DNA of 64,000 nt from Oopsacas minuta. Its lineage: Eukaryota > Animalia > Porifera. The notes under the pieces are model-generated. The model ran no database searches, had not been told where the DNA came from, and saw nothing but the letters and a program-made list of their open reading frames with translations. Below, piece after piece: positions 63,441-64,000 of the stretch. Location of the stretch: the NCBI GenBank assembly GCA_024704765.1, contig JAKMXF010000155.1:346692-410691 (forward strand). Direction: 5' to 3'. Within the stretch, counting starts at the first letter, position 1, and each line of letters starts with the position of its first letter. Both the position numbers and the translations under genes were made by a program.

Positions 63441-64000
63441 GAACAAGGTAATTAATTTAACCATGGCGTGGCAAAGCGTATAATATTTCTAACTGTTTTT
63501 TCAAACGGGGTGGGTTTTCTTACTCAAATTGTTTGCGATTATGTGAAGAATTAAATGTTTGAACAAATTTTCATTATTTTTTCTTATCACTTTCCTTGGA
63601 ATAATGTTAAAAATCAAAGTTTCTACTGTAATATATATTTTGTTTTAGTATTACCAAGGATATCAGAATCATGGTAAATTTATGGTCTCTACATTTCATT
63701 TTCTTGATGCTTAGATCCGCAAGCTCTGTCAGCGCCAAGATGCCTACTTCATTTTGGGGAACAATTAGCCTGGAGGTCTACTCTTGTATTATACCTATCA
63801 AGAGACATCTGTTATTTTTGAATTGGAAAACAACTCGTACCACGTTTAGAACATTGTGAGAAATGCCGTGTTCAGAATCCTCCTTTCGAATGTTCAGTAA
63901 GTACCTCTTGTTCAGAAGAAAAGTTCCAAGTGAGTTTTAGTCATACAAAGTTAGGTATTACCATGAGAGCACCATTAATTACATCTACTATAATAACAGA

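Noticed and set aside
1-64000. Most 60-120 aa ORFs in the track
   Set aside because: They are antisense or alternate frames of transposases, or chance ORFs in AT-rich DNA with no recognisable motifs.

Overview
AT-rich eukaryotic (probably invertebrate animal) genomic DNA made up mostly of full-length, nested and decayed DNA transposons: hAT (Buster and Ac types), Tc1/mariner (DD34E, DD37D, DD37E), Chapaev3, Transib, Ginger-like and THAP/P-like. The only host gene recognised is an ATP-dependent 6-phosphofructokinase on the + strand. Two of its exons are visible (23605-23869 and terminal 55235-55566), joined in frame across a ~31.4-kb TE-filled intron; no earlier exon was found in the first 23.6 kb. 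The most interesting object lies in that intron: a complete 3.4-kb Transib-type element (34106-37480, 5-bp TSD, CACAGTG heptamer ends) encoding a frameshifted ~720-aa RAG1-core-like transposase, with no RAG2-like gene. This element and a separate non-autonomous Transib (43861-44782) share one asymmetric end design: heptamer, then a 6-nt or 15-nt spacer, then a TA-N6-AAT block. This recalls the RSS 12/23 asymmetry. Other oddities are a spliced Gypsy-like integrase whose splice acceptor is tandemly duplicated, a repeat family carrying a non-canonical 2A-like GIEINPGP motif, a ~900-bp foldback element and multi-level TE nests. All assignments come from motif reading by eye; no database search was run.
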